Shown here one piece after another: positions 30,640-43,395 of a stretch of DNA of 64,000 nucleotides. Under the pieces are notes generated by a model. That model was given only the letters and a program-made list of their open reading frames with translations. It made no database searches and was not told where the DNA came from. Source of the DNA: the human T2T-CHM13v2.0 reference genome, Homo sapiens. The translations under genes were made by a program, and so were the position numbers. The DNA lies in assembly GCA_009914755.4 (NCBI GenBank), contig CP068257.2:17408001-17472000 (forward strand), given 5' to 3'. Position 1 is the first letter of the stretch, and every line of letters begins with the position of its first letter.

Positions 30640-31871
30640 GGGACCCCCATAATTCAGACTCTAGAATAGGAGATCCACCAGCTGCCTGCACTCTGCACCT
30701 GGAAAAGCCACAGGCATTCAACTCCAACACACGAGAGCAGGCCTGGGGTTAAACCCTGCAAAGCCACAGGGGTGGAGCTGTTTAAGGCCTTGGGGGCCCA
30801 CCCCTTGACCAGTGTGCCTGGGATGTGGGACATGGAGTCAAAGGATAAAGTTGCCATTGCAAAATTGTAACTGAGACAGTAAAAGAGATCTGACTTATCC
30901 AACTCCATCTTGTTTCTAACCTCCAAGCATTCCTCATTCATTCCTGGGCATAGGCTGAACTAACTTTGGAGGAACTTAGTTTATAGTTTAAAGCAAAGAT
31001 AACAACTCTTTCCCAAAACAAACCTCTTTCTTGCCTGGGGACTAAACTACCTTTGTAAAACTAACAAATTAGCCACAAGATTAGAAATTATAGTATAGGA
31101 GTTATTCAGCTGGAGGTGACAAGATTCTGACAGTCCCTAAACTGCTCCCAAGATCATTGCTTGAGATATTTTGCAGACCCTGTACCTGATGGATCAACTT
31201 GCACCACCTAGATTACTAACTGGCTCAGCTAATCCTGTGGCCCCCAACGCAGGAACGGATTCAGCACAAGCGCACAACTTTCATTTCCTATGATTTCATC
31301 TCTGACCCAACCAATCAGCACTCCCAACTCACTGGCCTTCCTCCAGCCACCAAATTGTTGTTAAAAACTCTGAACGATGAATGCTCTGGAAGACTGATTT
31401 GAGTAATAACAAAGCTCTTGTCTCCTGCACAGCTGGCTCTGTGTGAATTACTCTTTCTCTATTGCAACTCCTCTGTCTTGATAAATCAGCTCTGTCTAGG
31501 CAGAGGGCAAGGTGAACCCACTGGGCAGTTACAAGGAGATTATTTTGAGGCTTTAAGATTTAATGGCTTCCCTGTTGAGCTTTGAACTTGTATGCAGCTT
31601 ATAGCCCCATACTTTGACCAATTTCTCCCTTTTGGAAAGGGAATGTTTATTTAATGCCTATACGCCTGTTGTATCTTGGAAGTAGGTAAATTGTTTTTTA
31701 CTTTACAGAGTGATAAGTATAAGGGACTTGTTTTGTCTCAGATAAATCTTTGGACTGTGGAATTTTGAGTTAATGCTGAAATGAGTAAAGACTTTGGGGA
31801 CGGTTGGGAAGGCATGACTGTATTTTGCAATGTGAGAAAGACATCAGATTTGGGAGGGTCCAGGGGTGGAA
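30640..31871 (+). mobile_element. MaLR internal region 3 (3' portion only), carrying a foreign insertion
   Basis: 30643-30880 and 31500-31871 are homologous to 29700-30253. Confidence 0.65.
30880..31500 (+). mobile_element. Unclassified LTR-like insertion inside MaLR internal 3
   Basis: ccaaccaatcagcactcccaactcactggcc ... aataacaaagctcttgtctcctgcacagctggctctgtgtgaattactctttctctattgcaactcctctgtcttgataaatcagctc gives a CCAAT / polyA-signal / R-U5-like layout. The short MaLR segment flanking it is duplicated. Confidence 0.35.
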
Positions 31872-31962
31872 TTATGTAGTTCAGATATTGATGACCATCC
31901 AACGCTCATGTTGAATTGTAATCTGCTATGCTGGTGGTGGGGCCTGATGGGAGATGTTTGGG
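31872..31962 (+). mobile_element. MaLR LTR-D, 5' ~90 bp
   Basis: attatgtagttcagatattgatgaccatccaacgctcatgttgaattgtaatctgctatgctggtggtggggcctgatgggagatgtttgggttatggag. Confidence 0.6.
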
Positions 31963-32394
31963 TTATGGAGGCTGTATTATTCTGTTCTCACATTGATATA
32001 AAGAAATAACGGAGACTGGGTAATTTATAAAGAGAAGAGATTTAATTGACTCATGGTTCTGAATGCTGTACAGAAAGCATAGTGACTTCCGCTGTTGGGG
32101 AGGCCTGGGGAAGCTTCTGATCATGGCAGAAGGCAAGGGGGAGCAAGGCATCTTTCATGTCAGGAAGAAGAACAAGAAAGAGAGAGAGAGGGAAGAGGTG
32201 CTACACACTTTTAAACAACCAGATGTCATGAGAACTCACTCATTCATTATCACAAGAACAGCACCAAGGGAATGGTGTCAAACCATTCATGAGAAATATG
32301 CCCCCATAATCCAATCGCTTCCCACCAGGCCACACCTCCAAAATCGGGGATTACAATTCGACATAAGATTTGGGTGGGAACACAAATCATATCA
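31963..32394 (-). mobile_element. Complete MaLR (MST/MLT1-type) LTR in inverted orientation, inserted into LTR-D
   Basis: Reverse complement of the LTR consensus: gctgtattattctgttctcacattgatataaagaaataacggagactgggtaatttataaagagaagagatttaat ... gattacaattcgacataagatttgggtgggaacacaaatcatatca. Confidence 0.75.
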
Positions 32395-32610
32395 GGGTTG
32401 GATCCCTCAGGGCTTGGTGCTGACTTCAAAGACAGTAAATGACAAAGGATAAATGCTTGATGGAATGGATACCCCATTTTCCATGATGTGCTTATTTCAC
32501 ATTGCATGCTTGTCTCAAAACATTACATGTATTCCATAAATATATACAGCTACTATGTACTCACAAAAATTAAAAATCAGAAAAAGAAGAAAAGAAGAAA
32601 AAAAGATAGT

Positions 32611-32881
32611 GATTTCTCACAAGATCTGGCCTTTTAACAGTGTGTGGCTCCTCCTCCCCCACAACTTTCTCTCTCTTTCTCCTGCTTCTTCAATGTGACG
32701 TGCCTGCTCTTGCTTCACCTTCCACCATGACTGTAACCTTCCTGGGGCCTCCCAAGAAGCTGAGAAAATGCCAGTATCATTCTTTCTGCAAAGCCTACCA
32801 AACTGTGAGCCAATTAAATCTTTTTTCTTTATAAATTAACCAGTATCAGGTATTTATGCAATGCAAGAATAGCCTAATACA
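32611..32881 (+). mobile_element. MaLR LTR-D, 3' part
   Basis: gatttctcacaagatctggccttttaacagtgtgtggctcctcctccc ... gccaattaaatcttttttctttataaattaaccagtatcaggtatttatgcaatgcaagaatagcctaataca. Confidence 0.7.
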
Positions 32882-33530
32882 ATAATTATTTTACAAAAGC
32901 TTGTTTGTTGTAGGATCTATCAAATAGGCTAATAAATCCTGTAGGTACTTCTGGCCTGGTTGTCATAAACGTTAGCAATGTCATTATCGGTATATTCTTT
33001 GTTATCGAATCAACAGATATATCTCAGAAGATATTAGAATAAAGGTAATAAACAGAAATAGGCTGAAGTGTTCCTCCCAGGAGAATATTACAATGTGTCA
33101 AAATAAACATAATGATATTCTGAAATAGGGGTCCCATTCTAGCTTCAGCTACAGATGTTAACCTTTCTAGGGACATGTTCTAAACATTCCTACTCCAAAC
33201 AAAGCAGAGAGATGGGAAGAGAATTTTTTTTTAGATAGAAAAGATGTAGTATCATGTAGCCATTTGTGCTCACCAGCTCCAAATTAGACCTCTCTGACAT
33301 TGGTAATGAGGGCTCACATAAAGAGATAGATATGAAGAACTGAGTGATTCATGCTACACTACTGACGGTAGTAAACCTTCTGGCAAAGAAGCAGTATCCA
33401 GAATTTGGGGAATATAAAATTTGGAAAAATAGAATCCATCAGTTCATCCTTTCAAGCCACACTGAATTCTTCTGTTTCTGAGTAACTGCCCTACTAAAGA
33501 AGATTTCAGAATTAAATATAACACTGCTGA

Positions 33531-33844
<314 letters not shown>

Positions 33845-34377
33845 AACATCCCAATTTTATTCTGCCTCAACACAAAGTAATTTGCTCTCATGTGTTCTTT
33901 TCTGTACTGTTATTCTCTTGCCAATGTGTAGATTTTCACCACTGAAGTCACCTTTCTACTCTTCTACTCTTCCCTCCAACTAAAAAACTCCTCAATTAGC
34001 TCAGGCTCATCTCCTAAAATTTCTTCTCCTGTCTTAATTTAAATTTGATAATAATCTAGTAATAAAGTGTTTCCTGTTATATTTTTGCTAAAGACTGCTT
34101 TTCATTTTATTTTATAAGGAATTCAATATTGAAGGCATTTTGGGGTTTTCTTTGCTTTAAAATGTCCCCATTTCTTCAATAATTAAAATAACACTATACA
34201 CAAACAGTATATCCTTTGAGATTCTTGTGTCCAGCTTCATCTTAATTTGCCCTCACCTCACTTTACCTATCTGCTCACCAAAGTGTCTCAATTATTTATT
34301 ATTTTGCCTCTTAACTTATACACTCCGATGTTACTCTTGCCATTGTTATAGATACATTCACCATTCAACAGAGTCAC

Positions 34378-34710
34378 TGTATTAGTTTTCTCGCTGTTGA
34401 CAAAGACATACCCAAGACTAGGCGATTTACAAAAGAAAGAGGTTTAACCAGACTTACAGTTCCGCGTAGCTGGGAAAGCCTCACATAGCAGAAGGCAAGG
34501 AGGAACAAGTCACATCTTAACATGGATGGCAGCAGGCAAAGAGAGAGCTTGCGTAGGGGAATTCCTCTTTTTAACACCATTAGATCTCAGGAGACTTACT
34601 ATCATGAGAACAGCATGGGAAAGATTTTGCCCTCATGATTTAGTTACCTCTGACTGGGTCCCTCCCACAACACATGAGAATTCAAGATGAAATTTGGGTG
34701 GGCCTTCAAA
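34378..34710 (-). mobile_element. MaLR (THE1/MST-type) solo LTR, antisense
   Basis: tgtattagttttctcgctgttgacaaagacatacccaagactaggcgatttacaaaagaaagaggtttaa ... cctcccacaacacatgagaattcaagatgaaatttgggtgg. Confidence 0.75.
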
Positions 34711-35807
34711 GACTATTTCCTCCATAGCTTCTCCTTAATAAATAAAATCTTATATTTTTAAAATACCAGACTAAAAACTTTGAAGTCGTCTTAGATTCTG
34801 CTGTTACTTTCATACTACACAGGCAGTTCCACAGCAAATGATGCTGGTTTTGCTTTCAATAATGTATCTACAATACAGCCAGTACTTATCTTGTATATAC
34901 TAGTTGAAATCACCATGATCTTATGCTTAGATTATTGCATTAGGGCCCTTACTGGTTTTATTTTACTTCCACCCTACAGTTTAGTGTATCTCAAAAGAGG
35001 TATCCAAATACTTTCTTTAAAATAAATATTGCATTATGTCACTTCTCTGATCAAGACCTACCAAGGACTTCCTATTCATTGAAAGGAAAATCTAAATTTT
35101 GTAAAATACCTACTAGCTTTTACATAATTTATATAAATACATACACACTTTATGATCTGGCCTCAAGGCTGTCAGGTGCAGAACATAAATTGTGTAGTAC
35201 ACAATATAAAATGAACCAGCAGACCGAATCTTTATAACCATACACGGCAATCTTATATCTTGTTATGTCCTTTTCCCTATTTGTTTTTAAAGTTCAGCAA
35301 TGCATGCCCTCTTGATTTTCCTCAAAATCATTGGAACCTCCTCCTCAAGTGATTTACATTTTGTTCCTTCTGCTAAAAAATGAATGCTCTTACTTAAGTT
35401 AACTATATGATTTGCCCCTTTGGTTTCTTCATATCTTTGCTCAAATGCTACCTTATTACACAAGCCTTTCTTGACCACTATGAATAAAATGACAACACTG
35501 CCTGGCTCACTCGACCCCCTGAATCAATTCTGGAATTGTTTGCATTGACATTCTCTTTTGTTCTGTAGTTTATGTCTAGAAAGCTGATCCCTGCAGGCTC
35601 TGTTTTCCAGATTCCTGGGCTAGCTGGGTTCAGTTGGGTTTGTTTCATGACAGGGACCAACAGGATTTTTGGAGACCAGAAAAATAAGAGAGGCCAAGTT
35701 AATCTTTTTCTCTCTTTATCATAGTGAGTCTTTCTAGCAGACATTGACTTCATTGACTTCTCTGTGTGGCTGTCTTAGTCCACCTTGTGCTGCTTTTAAG
35801 AAATACC

Positions 35808-35890
35808 TGATTGCAGAGAGCCGAGATGGCCCCACTGCACTCCAGCCTGGGTGAAAGAGCGAGACTTCATCTCCAAAAAAAAAAAAAGGA
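35808..35890 (+). mobile_element. Alu 3' end fragment with polyA
   Basis: gagccgagatggccccactgcactccagcctgggtgaaagagcgagacttcatctccaaaaaaaaaaaaa. Confidence 0.65.
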
Positions 35891-35899
35891 CCTGAGGTG

Positions 35900-36275
35900 G
35901 CATAATTTATAGAGAAAAGAGGTTTATTTGGCTCGTGGTTCAGTATGCTCTACAGGAGATGTGACACTAGCTTCTGCTTCTGGGGAGGCCCACGGAAGCT
36001 TTCACTCATGGCAGAAAGCAAAGGGGAAGAGGAATCACACGGTGAGAGGAAGGAAGCAAAGATGGGGGTAAGAGGTGCCAGGCTGTTTTTAGCTGTCTCT
36101 AACAATCAGTTCTTGTGGGAACTAATAGAGCAAGAACTCACTCATTATCAGGCACAAAGCCATTCATAAGGGATTCACCTCTACAACCCAAACACCATTC
36201 ACTAAGCTCCACCTCCAACATTAGGAATCAAATTTCAACATAAGATTCGGAAGAAACAAATATTCAAATGATGTT
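35900..36275 (-). mobile_element. MaLR (MST/MLT1-type) LTR, antisense, 3'-truncated
   Basis: ggcataatttatagagaaaagaggtttatttggctcgtggttcag ... ggcagaaagcaaaggggaag ... ctccacctccaacattaggaatcaaatttcaacataagattcgg. Confidence 0.65.
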
Positions 36276-36645
36276 AGTGGTTTTTAGCCAGACCCAACGA
36301 TGGATTTATCTTTCACTGGGTATAAAGTCTTAATAATGACCTTAAATAATAACCTGGAGCCCATGAATGTTAGCTTTTAAAGCAAAAGGGACTCTGCATG
36401 TATGATCAAGTTAAGAATCTTGAGTGGCAGAGAGCTTGGGTGACTTTTGCCCTAGTTATGTGGAAAACAGAACTTGTAAGCAATAAACTTGTATATTTAG
36501 TTTAGACGATTTATAAGTAAAATGTTGAAGTTGCAGCCTTGCTTCTTTTTGCTGCTTATAGTAAAATGTTAAAGGAAAAAGATAAATTGAAGAAAGAACA
36601 GTTAAACAAAAATAAACCAGAACTTGATGACCTGAGAAATTCTTT

Positions 36646-36934
36646 TATTTATTTCTTTACTTTTTGAAACAGAGTCTCACTCCATTGCCCAGGCTGGAGT
36701 TCAGTAGTGCTATCTCAGCTCACTGCAAACCTCCACCTCCTTCCTGCCTCAGCCTCCTGAATAGCTGGGATTAGAGGAACATGCCACCACGTCTAGCTGA
36801 TTTTTCTGTGTTTTTAGTAGAGACAGGATTTCACCATGTTGGCCAGGCTGGTTTCAAAGTCTTAACCTCAGGCTACCTGCCATCTTGACCTCCTAAAGTG
36901 TTGGGATTACAGGCGTAAGCCACCATGCTTGGCC
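36646..36934 (-). mobile_element. Alu (antisense) with TSD agaaattc
   Basis: tttgaaacagagtctcactccattgcccaggctggagttcagtagtgctatctcagctcactgcaaacctcc ... gttgggattacaggcgtaagccaccatgcttggcc. The 8-bp direct repeat flanks it on both sides. Confidence 0.9.
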
Positions 36935-37689
36935 AAGAAATTCGAATACTATCCAACTTTCAAAAGACGCTAAAATTAGGAGATTCAATATCCAAAAAGC
37001 ATGCTTAAAAGGAAAATTCAAGGATGTCACCAAACAACTTTTGAATAGTGCTTCACAGTATTAAAAGATCATAATCTACATTCACACAGAGGGCTCTTTA
37101 AAGACATTAAGAATATGATTCATGAGTTCTTTCAACTATCCTAGGAGAAACCAGAAATAAAGATGGTATTATCCAGGAAACATCTTGGGAGGACACTCCT
37201 GTTTAATGGAATAAATCCCCATGACTTACACAGGAGATCCACGATGTACTTGAGATGTTATGTTGGCAGAAACACTGCCAGTTAGCCCTGAAAAAAATAA
37301 AGAAAGGAAACAAAATAAAGAAAGACAGGCTGTCAGACTCCCAAATTTCCATAAGCAGGAAAGAGGGATAAAACGTCTCAGCAGTAAACATGTGCACCTT
37401 TCAAGGGAAAAGGAGGATAATTCATGAGCAGAGCCTCAAGATCAGAGGGTAGATCCTGGAACCAGAGAATGCAGGTGTGGGTCTAGAGAATGGAGCCAAA
37501 ATCCACAGAGGTTTGCTACCAGGTCTTGAAACCTAATGGACTCTACTAAACAGTAGGATTTCAAAATTACTTAGGACTGGAGTCTCCTTTCTTCTTTTAG
37601 TTTTCTGTCATTTATAATGGGAATGTCTATAATTATTATCTGATGCCTGTTTCTCCATTGTATTTTAGGGATACATTATTTGCCTTCTC

Positions 37690-38365
37690 ATTTCCCAAGT
37701 CCACAAATGGAAAAAGGATTTTGCTCTAGGATGGATGATTTAGATAATGAGAGTTAGGACTGTTGAGCTAATAACATTTATGTAAGATTTTGGACTTGAA
37801 TGATAATGTAATAGGTTAAGATATTTGGTGATATTGGGATGGGGTGATTGCATTTTGAATGTGAAATAAACATTAGTCTTTGGACACTAGAGGGAAGACT
37901 ATGGTAGAATGAAAAATGGCTACTCAAAATAACTCGGGTCTTAATTCCTGGAACCTGTAAATGTCAGCAATATGGCAGGACTTTGCACATGAAACTAAGG
38001 TGATAATCTTGAGACAGAGAGATCATTTTCAATTATTTGGATGGGCCCTAAATCACAAGTGTCCTTGTAGGAGAGAGGCTGAATGGATATTTTTCTACAG
38101 AAGAGGGAGGCGATATGATAACTGAAACAAGATGCTAGTTGAGGTTTTGAAGATGGAGAAAGGGATTGCCAGTCAAAGAATGTAGCTCTAGAAACTGGAA
38201 GAGGCAAGAATATGAATATTCTCTTAGAACCCCTGGAAGGATTATGGCACTGCCATAACCTTGATTTAGATCTAATGAAACTGATTTGAGACTTCTTACT
38301 CCAGAATTGTAAAATAATGAATGTTTGTTGTATTAAGCCAATAAGTTTTCCATAATTTGTTACAG
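37690..38365 (+). mobile_element. MLT1-type (older MaLR) LTR, probable
   Basis: 3' end ccagaattgtaaaataatgaatgtttgttgtattaagccaataagttttccataatttgttacagcc resembles the MLT1 terminus. The upstream part is diverged. Confidence 0.45.
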
Positions 38366-39365
38366 CCAAACATGGGAACAAGTACATTGGGTAAACTTGG
38401 CTGTTCAGCTGTGGTAATTCCCCTTGCTCCTTTTGTCCCTATGGCCTTGCTGCTATAAAAACTCTTGGTGGCATCACAGTGTTCTATTTAGGCTCCCATC
38501 CCTTCCACCAGTTGTGTTATCAATTCGCTACATTAAATTCCCTCTTTTAAAAAAAATTAGACTTTTTTCTTCTAGTTTACATCCTGCATAATATACTTAT
38601 TCCCTTACCTTATTATTTTCTATAGCAGTTATTTATTTGATATGTCACCAGGTTGAATGGGCTACCTAAATGAATATTGAAATGACTTGGAATGATCATT
38701 GGAGTAAGAGTAAGTCAGAAGATTCTAAACTGGTTACATCATTTGAGACCACCAACAAGGGTCCAGTATCAGATGTAAGTAGAAAGGAAATAGATTGTCT
38801 GAGAGCATGCATCATTTGTGAGATAATTTAAATACAGGTGGTAAAAGAATAAGGTCTTGATATGATAGTGGAGAAAAGGAGAGTACCTAACCTCAGTCGA
38901 TGACTCCTTCTCCCTAGTACAAACGAATAGTTTAATGGGCACCTAGAAAATGGTGGAGGGGAACCAGGATAAAAATAGCATAGTCAAAATAAGTAGACTT
39001 CATTTAAGGCTGTTATTTGAAGTTCTCTGAAATAGTTGTGAGTGTTGGCTTGCAATACAAAGGGAGCTTAGCAAGCACTGTGGATAGCACTTGTAAATAG
39101 GAAAACAATGAAAACCTGAGTATGAAAAAGTTTTAGGATGTTTTTAAAAATATCTTTTTTAAAAACATAAATTCTGTGAATGTTGAAAGTTAGAAGCTAA
39201 TATCTAAGGAGTATTTATTTTATTCCAAGCTAAATTATTGTTTCATTTATATCATCTCAATTACTTCATTATGCTTTAAGAAGTAAATAGTGCTGTTACT
39301 CCCATACTGCAGTGTGAAAATTGAGGTAAGAGAGTGAGTTAACTTGTCCAGAATGACAGATTGTA

Positions 39366-39412
39366 AGTGGAGTGGACTTATCAGTGGAGTCGACTTATCA
39401 GTGGAGTCAGAT
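39366..39412. repeat. 17-bp tandem repeat x3
   Basis: cagtggagtggacttat cagtggagtcgacttat cagtggagtcagatat. Confidence 0.85.
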
Positions 39413-40534
39413 ATTTTACATTTTCTTTTTTTCCTTAGAGACAACCTAGACAACCACACTGATGTATTGTCCCCTCACTTATCCCTTCTATCTATATCCA
39501 TATAAGAGTTAATAACATCTGGAGGACCTTTGTAGGAATTTAATAAATGTTTGTTATTTATGAGTGTTTTAGTTCCTTTGATGAAGAGACCACATACATA
39601 CATGAAAGTTATTAACAGCAAAATATTGATGTAAGCATTATCATACCATCAGAGCCACTCACAAGGAACATAATTAAGAGAATTATCTGATATTCATCCA
39701 GAGGTCTAGTGATTCCTTATGCTTATTTATTATGTTTATTTTGCCATGATGTGATTTAAAATGCAACCATAGTGCTGCTGTAATGTCTCTGTTCAGCCAT
39801 GCTTCTAGAAACTCTCCTTACACTTCTCATCTATTTTATTTGCCAAGCAGTAAGCAGTTTATGTAATGCATGGAGGCACCTGACCTGCAAAACGATTAAC
39901 ATTTACTCTCTGGATGACCAATTCAGGTACAGTAATTAGAAAAGTAACAAGGTCAAAAGGAAATCCATTTATTGTTTCCGCATTTGAACTTTGTAAAATG
40001 CTTCAAATGATATATATTATTTGAAACATATACATAAACTAAATCACACTAAAGTGTATTTTTATAAGCAATATCTGCACATGAGCATGTATTAAATAAA
40101 ATATTGAGTGTTCTTAATTCTGCAAAATGAGAGGCCATAGTTAGTGAATAACTTTTTATTACCCAATATCTTCCCAGTCAAGTAGCTCAATTTTAAACAA
40201 AAACTTCCATAATTTTAGATGCCTTCAGAAAACGATTGTATTTTATGTCACAGAACATACATAGAGACTAGTTAGAATACATGTGTAGAGTAAGTATTTA
40301 TGAAACAACTAATCTCTTTCAATACTTGTTATAAAACTTAAGCTTCTCATGAATCCATTTTGTATCCCAAATAACTGAATAGGGCTAGCAAGAATCCTGA
40401 AATAAAGAGTGTTACAGCAAACAGCTATTGGGACCATTAACAGCAACAAAGTTAATGACATAATGCACTAAAGTTCTTAGGCTTAATTTAGTTTAAATTT
40501 CTAATACATTAATCTAAATATATAAGATGCTTCT

Positions 40535-40880
40535 TGACTTACGGTGGAATTACATTTGGATTAATTTATTATGAGTTGAAAATGTTGTAAGTTGAAAATG
40601 CACTTAATGTGCCTAACCCACTGAACACCAAAGTGTAGCCTAGCCTATCATAAATGTACTCAGAATGCTTACATTAGCCTACAGCTGGCAAAATCACCTG
40701 GTAACACAGTACACTGTAGAATATTATTGTGAGGCTGACTAGAGCTTTGGCTCACTACCACCGCTCAGCATTACTAGAATATCAGATCACTTTATGCTGA
40801 AGGCTTATCACTTTTACAACCATTAGGAAGTTGAAAAATTTTGAGTCAAACCATTGTAAGTTGAGGACAAAGTATAGGTG
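40535..40880. mobile_element. Tigger-family nonautonomous DNA transposon (MITE), probable
   Basis: Inverted terminal features: cttacggtggaattacatttgg...gttgaaaatgttgtaagttgaaaatgcacttaatgtgcctaaccc at the left and gaagttgaaaaattttgagtcaaaccattgtaagttgagg at the right. The internal part ...tagcctagcctatcataaatgtactcagaatgcttacattagcctacagctggcaaaatc is typical of Tigger2/3-type MITEs. Confidence 0.5.
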
Positions 40881-42199
40881 ACAAAATATGATATTTTAAA
40901 CAACTTCAATGTTAGAAACAATAACGATAATATCCTATATAGCTTCAATGTTAGAAGATTTTTTTTTGCCTCAATATAGGTGTCATGTGAAGATGTGTTT
41001 GGCTAAAACAACTTATTCAAATATGGAATACTTTTACAATAAACTTTAATACGTACATTAAAAAGAGTAAAAGTTAAATATGATGTGTAATAGTTAATTT
41101 TATATCAATTTGCTGGATTATTTTACCCAGTTATTTAATCAAACAATAATTTGTGAAAGTATTTTATAGATGTGATTAACGTATACAATCTGTTGACTTT
41201 AAGTAAATGAGATTACTCTTGATAATATGAGTAGGACTCATTCAATTATTTGAGGATCCTACAAGCAAAAATTGAGCTTTCCCTGAGAAGAAAAAATATA
41301 CTGCTTTAAGACCGTATCATCAACTCCTGCCTGAGTTGACGAGCTGCTGGCTTGCCCTACAGATTTCCGACTTGTAAGCCCCAACGATTGTGTGAGCCAA
41401 TTTCTTAAAATAAATTTCTTTATGTTGATCTATATCTATATTCAAATCTAAATCTGTACATCTATTTCTTGTTGTTTCTGTGGAGCCCCGTAACTGATAT
41501 TGATTTTGGTACCAGGAAGTGAGATGCTGCTAAAACAAATACCTAATACTATGCAAATGGTCTTGGAATTCACTAACGGGTAAAGGCTGGAGGAGTTTTT
41601 AGATGTGTGATGTAAAAACCTGGGTTGCCTCAATGAGGCTGTTAGAAATTCGAATAAGGAGATCCTGGTAAGGACTTAAAAAAAGAAGTGAATAAAGTTG
41701 TAGAGAAAGCTTCTATCATCTTCAAGAATATATATATCATCACGGACAGAATATTGGTAGAAAAATAAATGTTAAAGGCGTTTCTGGTGAAGTCTCACAT
41801 AGAAATGAAGATAATATTAATAAACACTTGAGGAAAGTGACCCTTGTTAATGAGTAGTGGAAAAATTGACTAGATCGTGTTCTAATATTGGATGTAAGAA
41901 ATGAGTTTTTATGTTTGGCGGAGGTGATTTCCATGCAAATTATAGAAGGTGTGTCTTAGTTTCTCCTTGCTTCTTATATTAAAATGCAAGGTGAAAGAAA
42001 TACACTAAGAAGAAAATGCTAAGCAAAAAGTAACCAGAACATGATCATTTGAAAAATTCTCAGCCTATATTGCAAATGGCGTTACAGTGTGCTCTTGAGG
42101 AAACACCTATGGATGGCTAGACAAACTTTTACTGGAGAGATTAGGTGTGTGACTTACGTGCAATGGTTTAGATATGGTATGTTTGCCCTCAGCAGAACT

Positions 42200-42600
42200 C
42201 ATGTTGAAATTTGATTTTTAATATGGTGGTGTTGAGAGGTGAAGCCTATTGGGAGGCGTTTCGGTTATTGGGGCAGATTCCTAATGAATACCTTGCTTCT
42301 GTTTTTGCAGTAATTAGTTCTCACTCTCATGAGACTAGATTTATTCTCACAGGCATGGATTTGTTCCCACAAGAGTACATTATCATAAAGCCAGGGCGTC
42401 CTTTAGGCTTTCCTTTTTTAAGTGTTCACTTCCCCTTTGATCTTTGTCATGTGGTGACACAGTACAGAAACCCTTGGCAGAAGCCAGGTACATGCCCTTG
42501 AATAGCTCAGCCTGAAGAACTGTGAGCTAAATAAACCTCTTTTCTTTATAAATTACCCAGTGCCAGGTATTCTTTTATAGCAACGCAACATAAACTGGGA
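42200..42600 (+). mobile_element. MaLR (MLT1/MST-type) solo LTR
   Basis: catgttgaaatttgatttttaatatggtggtgttgagaggtgaagcctattgggaggcg ... aactgtgagctaaataaacctcttttctttataaattacccagtgccaggtattcttttatagcaacgcaac. Confidence 0.7.
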
Positions 42601-42879
42601 CACACATGTATTCAATAAACAATCTCATCAGAAGCTAGGAGTATAGCTGAGGTCATCCAGGAAGGATCTATGGAGAATCTTTGTATCTAACAACATGGAT
42701 CCCCTTGACATATAGAGATAACCCACAGGGTTTTAAGAATGTTATACCAATTAAAAAACTGCCAAATTGGACTAAAGAAGACAGATATGGGATAAAATGA
42801 AAGAAAGACTCTGAGACTCTGAGGGTTCTACTGGTAGAAAATGGACTGAGAGGGCTACTTGGTTTTGAACATATGTTCC

Positions 42880-43395
42880 CATTTTAGGGGATGTTGGGAT
42901 GGGGTGAAGGTATTTTGCACATGGGACAGAGATGAATTTTGGAAAAAGCATAGTGTACTGGAATGCATAGTGTCCCCCAAACTTAATATGGCCCTCCAAA
43001 GTTTATGTCTACCCAAAGCCTCAGAATGTGACCTTGTTTAAAAATCAGGTCGCTATGGATATAATTGGTTAAGATGAGGCTATACTGGATTAGAGCAGGC
43101 CCTGAATCTACTCAGGCAATCTTATAAGGAGGGGGAGCTTAGGAAACCATGTGAATGTGGAGTCAGAGACTGGACTGATCTATAAGCCAAGGAATTCCAA
43201 AGATTGCTGAAAATCACTAGAAATTAGAAGAGAGGCATGGAACAGATTCTCCCTCAGAGTCTCCAGATGAAACTGCCACTACTGACACCTTGATTTCATA
43301 GTTTTGACTTCCTGAGTGAGAGAGAAAAATGTGTGTTGTTTTAAGTCACCCAGTTGGTGATATTTTATTATAGCAGCCTTAAGAAACTAATAGAT
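42880..43395 (+). mobile_element. MLT1-type (older MaLR) LTR, probable
   Basis: cagaatgtgaccttgtttaaaaatcaggtcgctatggatataattggttaagatgaggctatactggattagagcaggccctgaatc ... cttataaggag ... gacaccttgatttcatagttttgacttcctgagtgagagagaaaaatgtgtgttgttttaagtcacccagttggtgatattttattatagcagcc. Confidence 0.5.

Noticed and set aside
41270-41420. Short segment resembling an ancient interspersed repeat (ctgcctgagttgacgagctgctggcttgccctacagatttccgacttgtaagccccaacgattgtgtgagccaatttcttaaaataaatttc)
   Set aside because: Reminiscent of MER-type or MamRep fragments, but I cannot name the family with any confidence.
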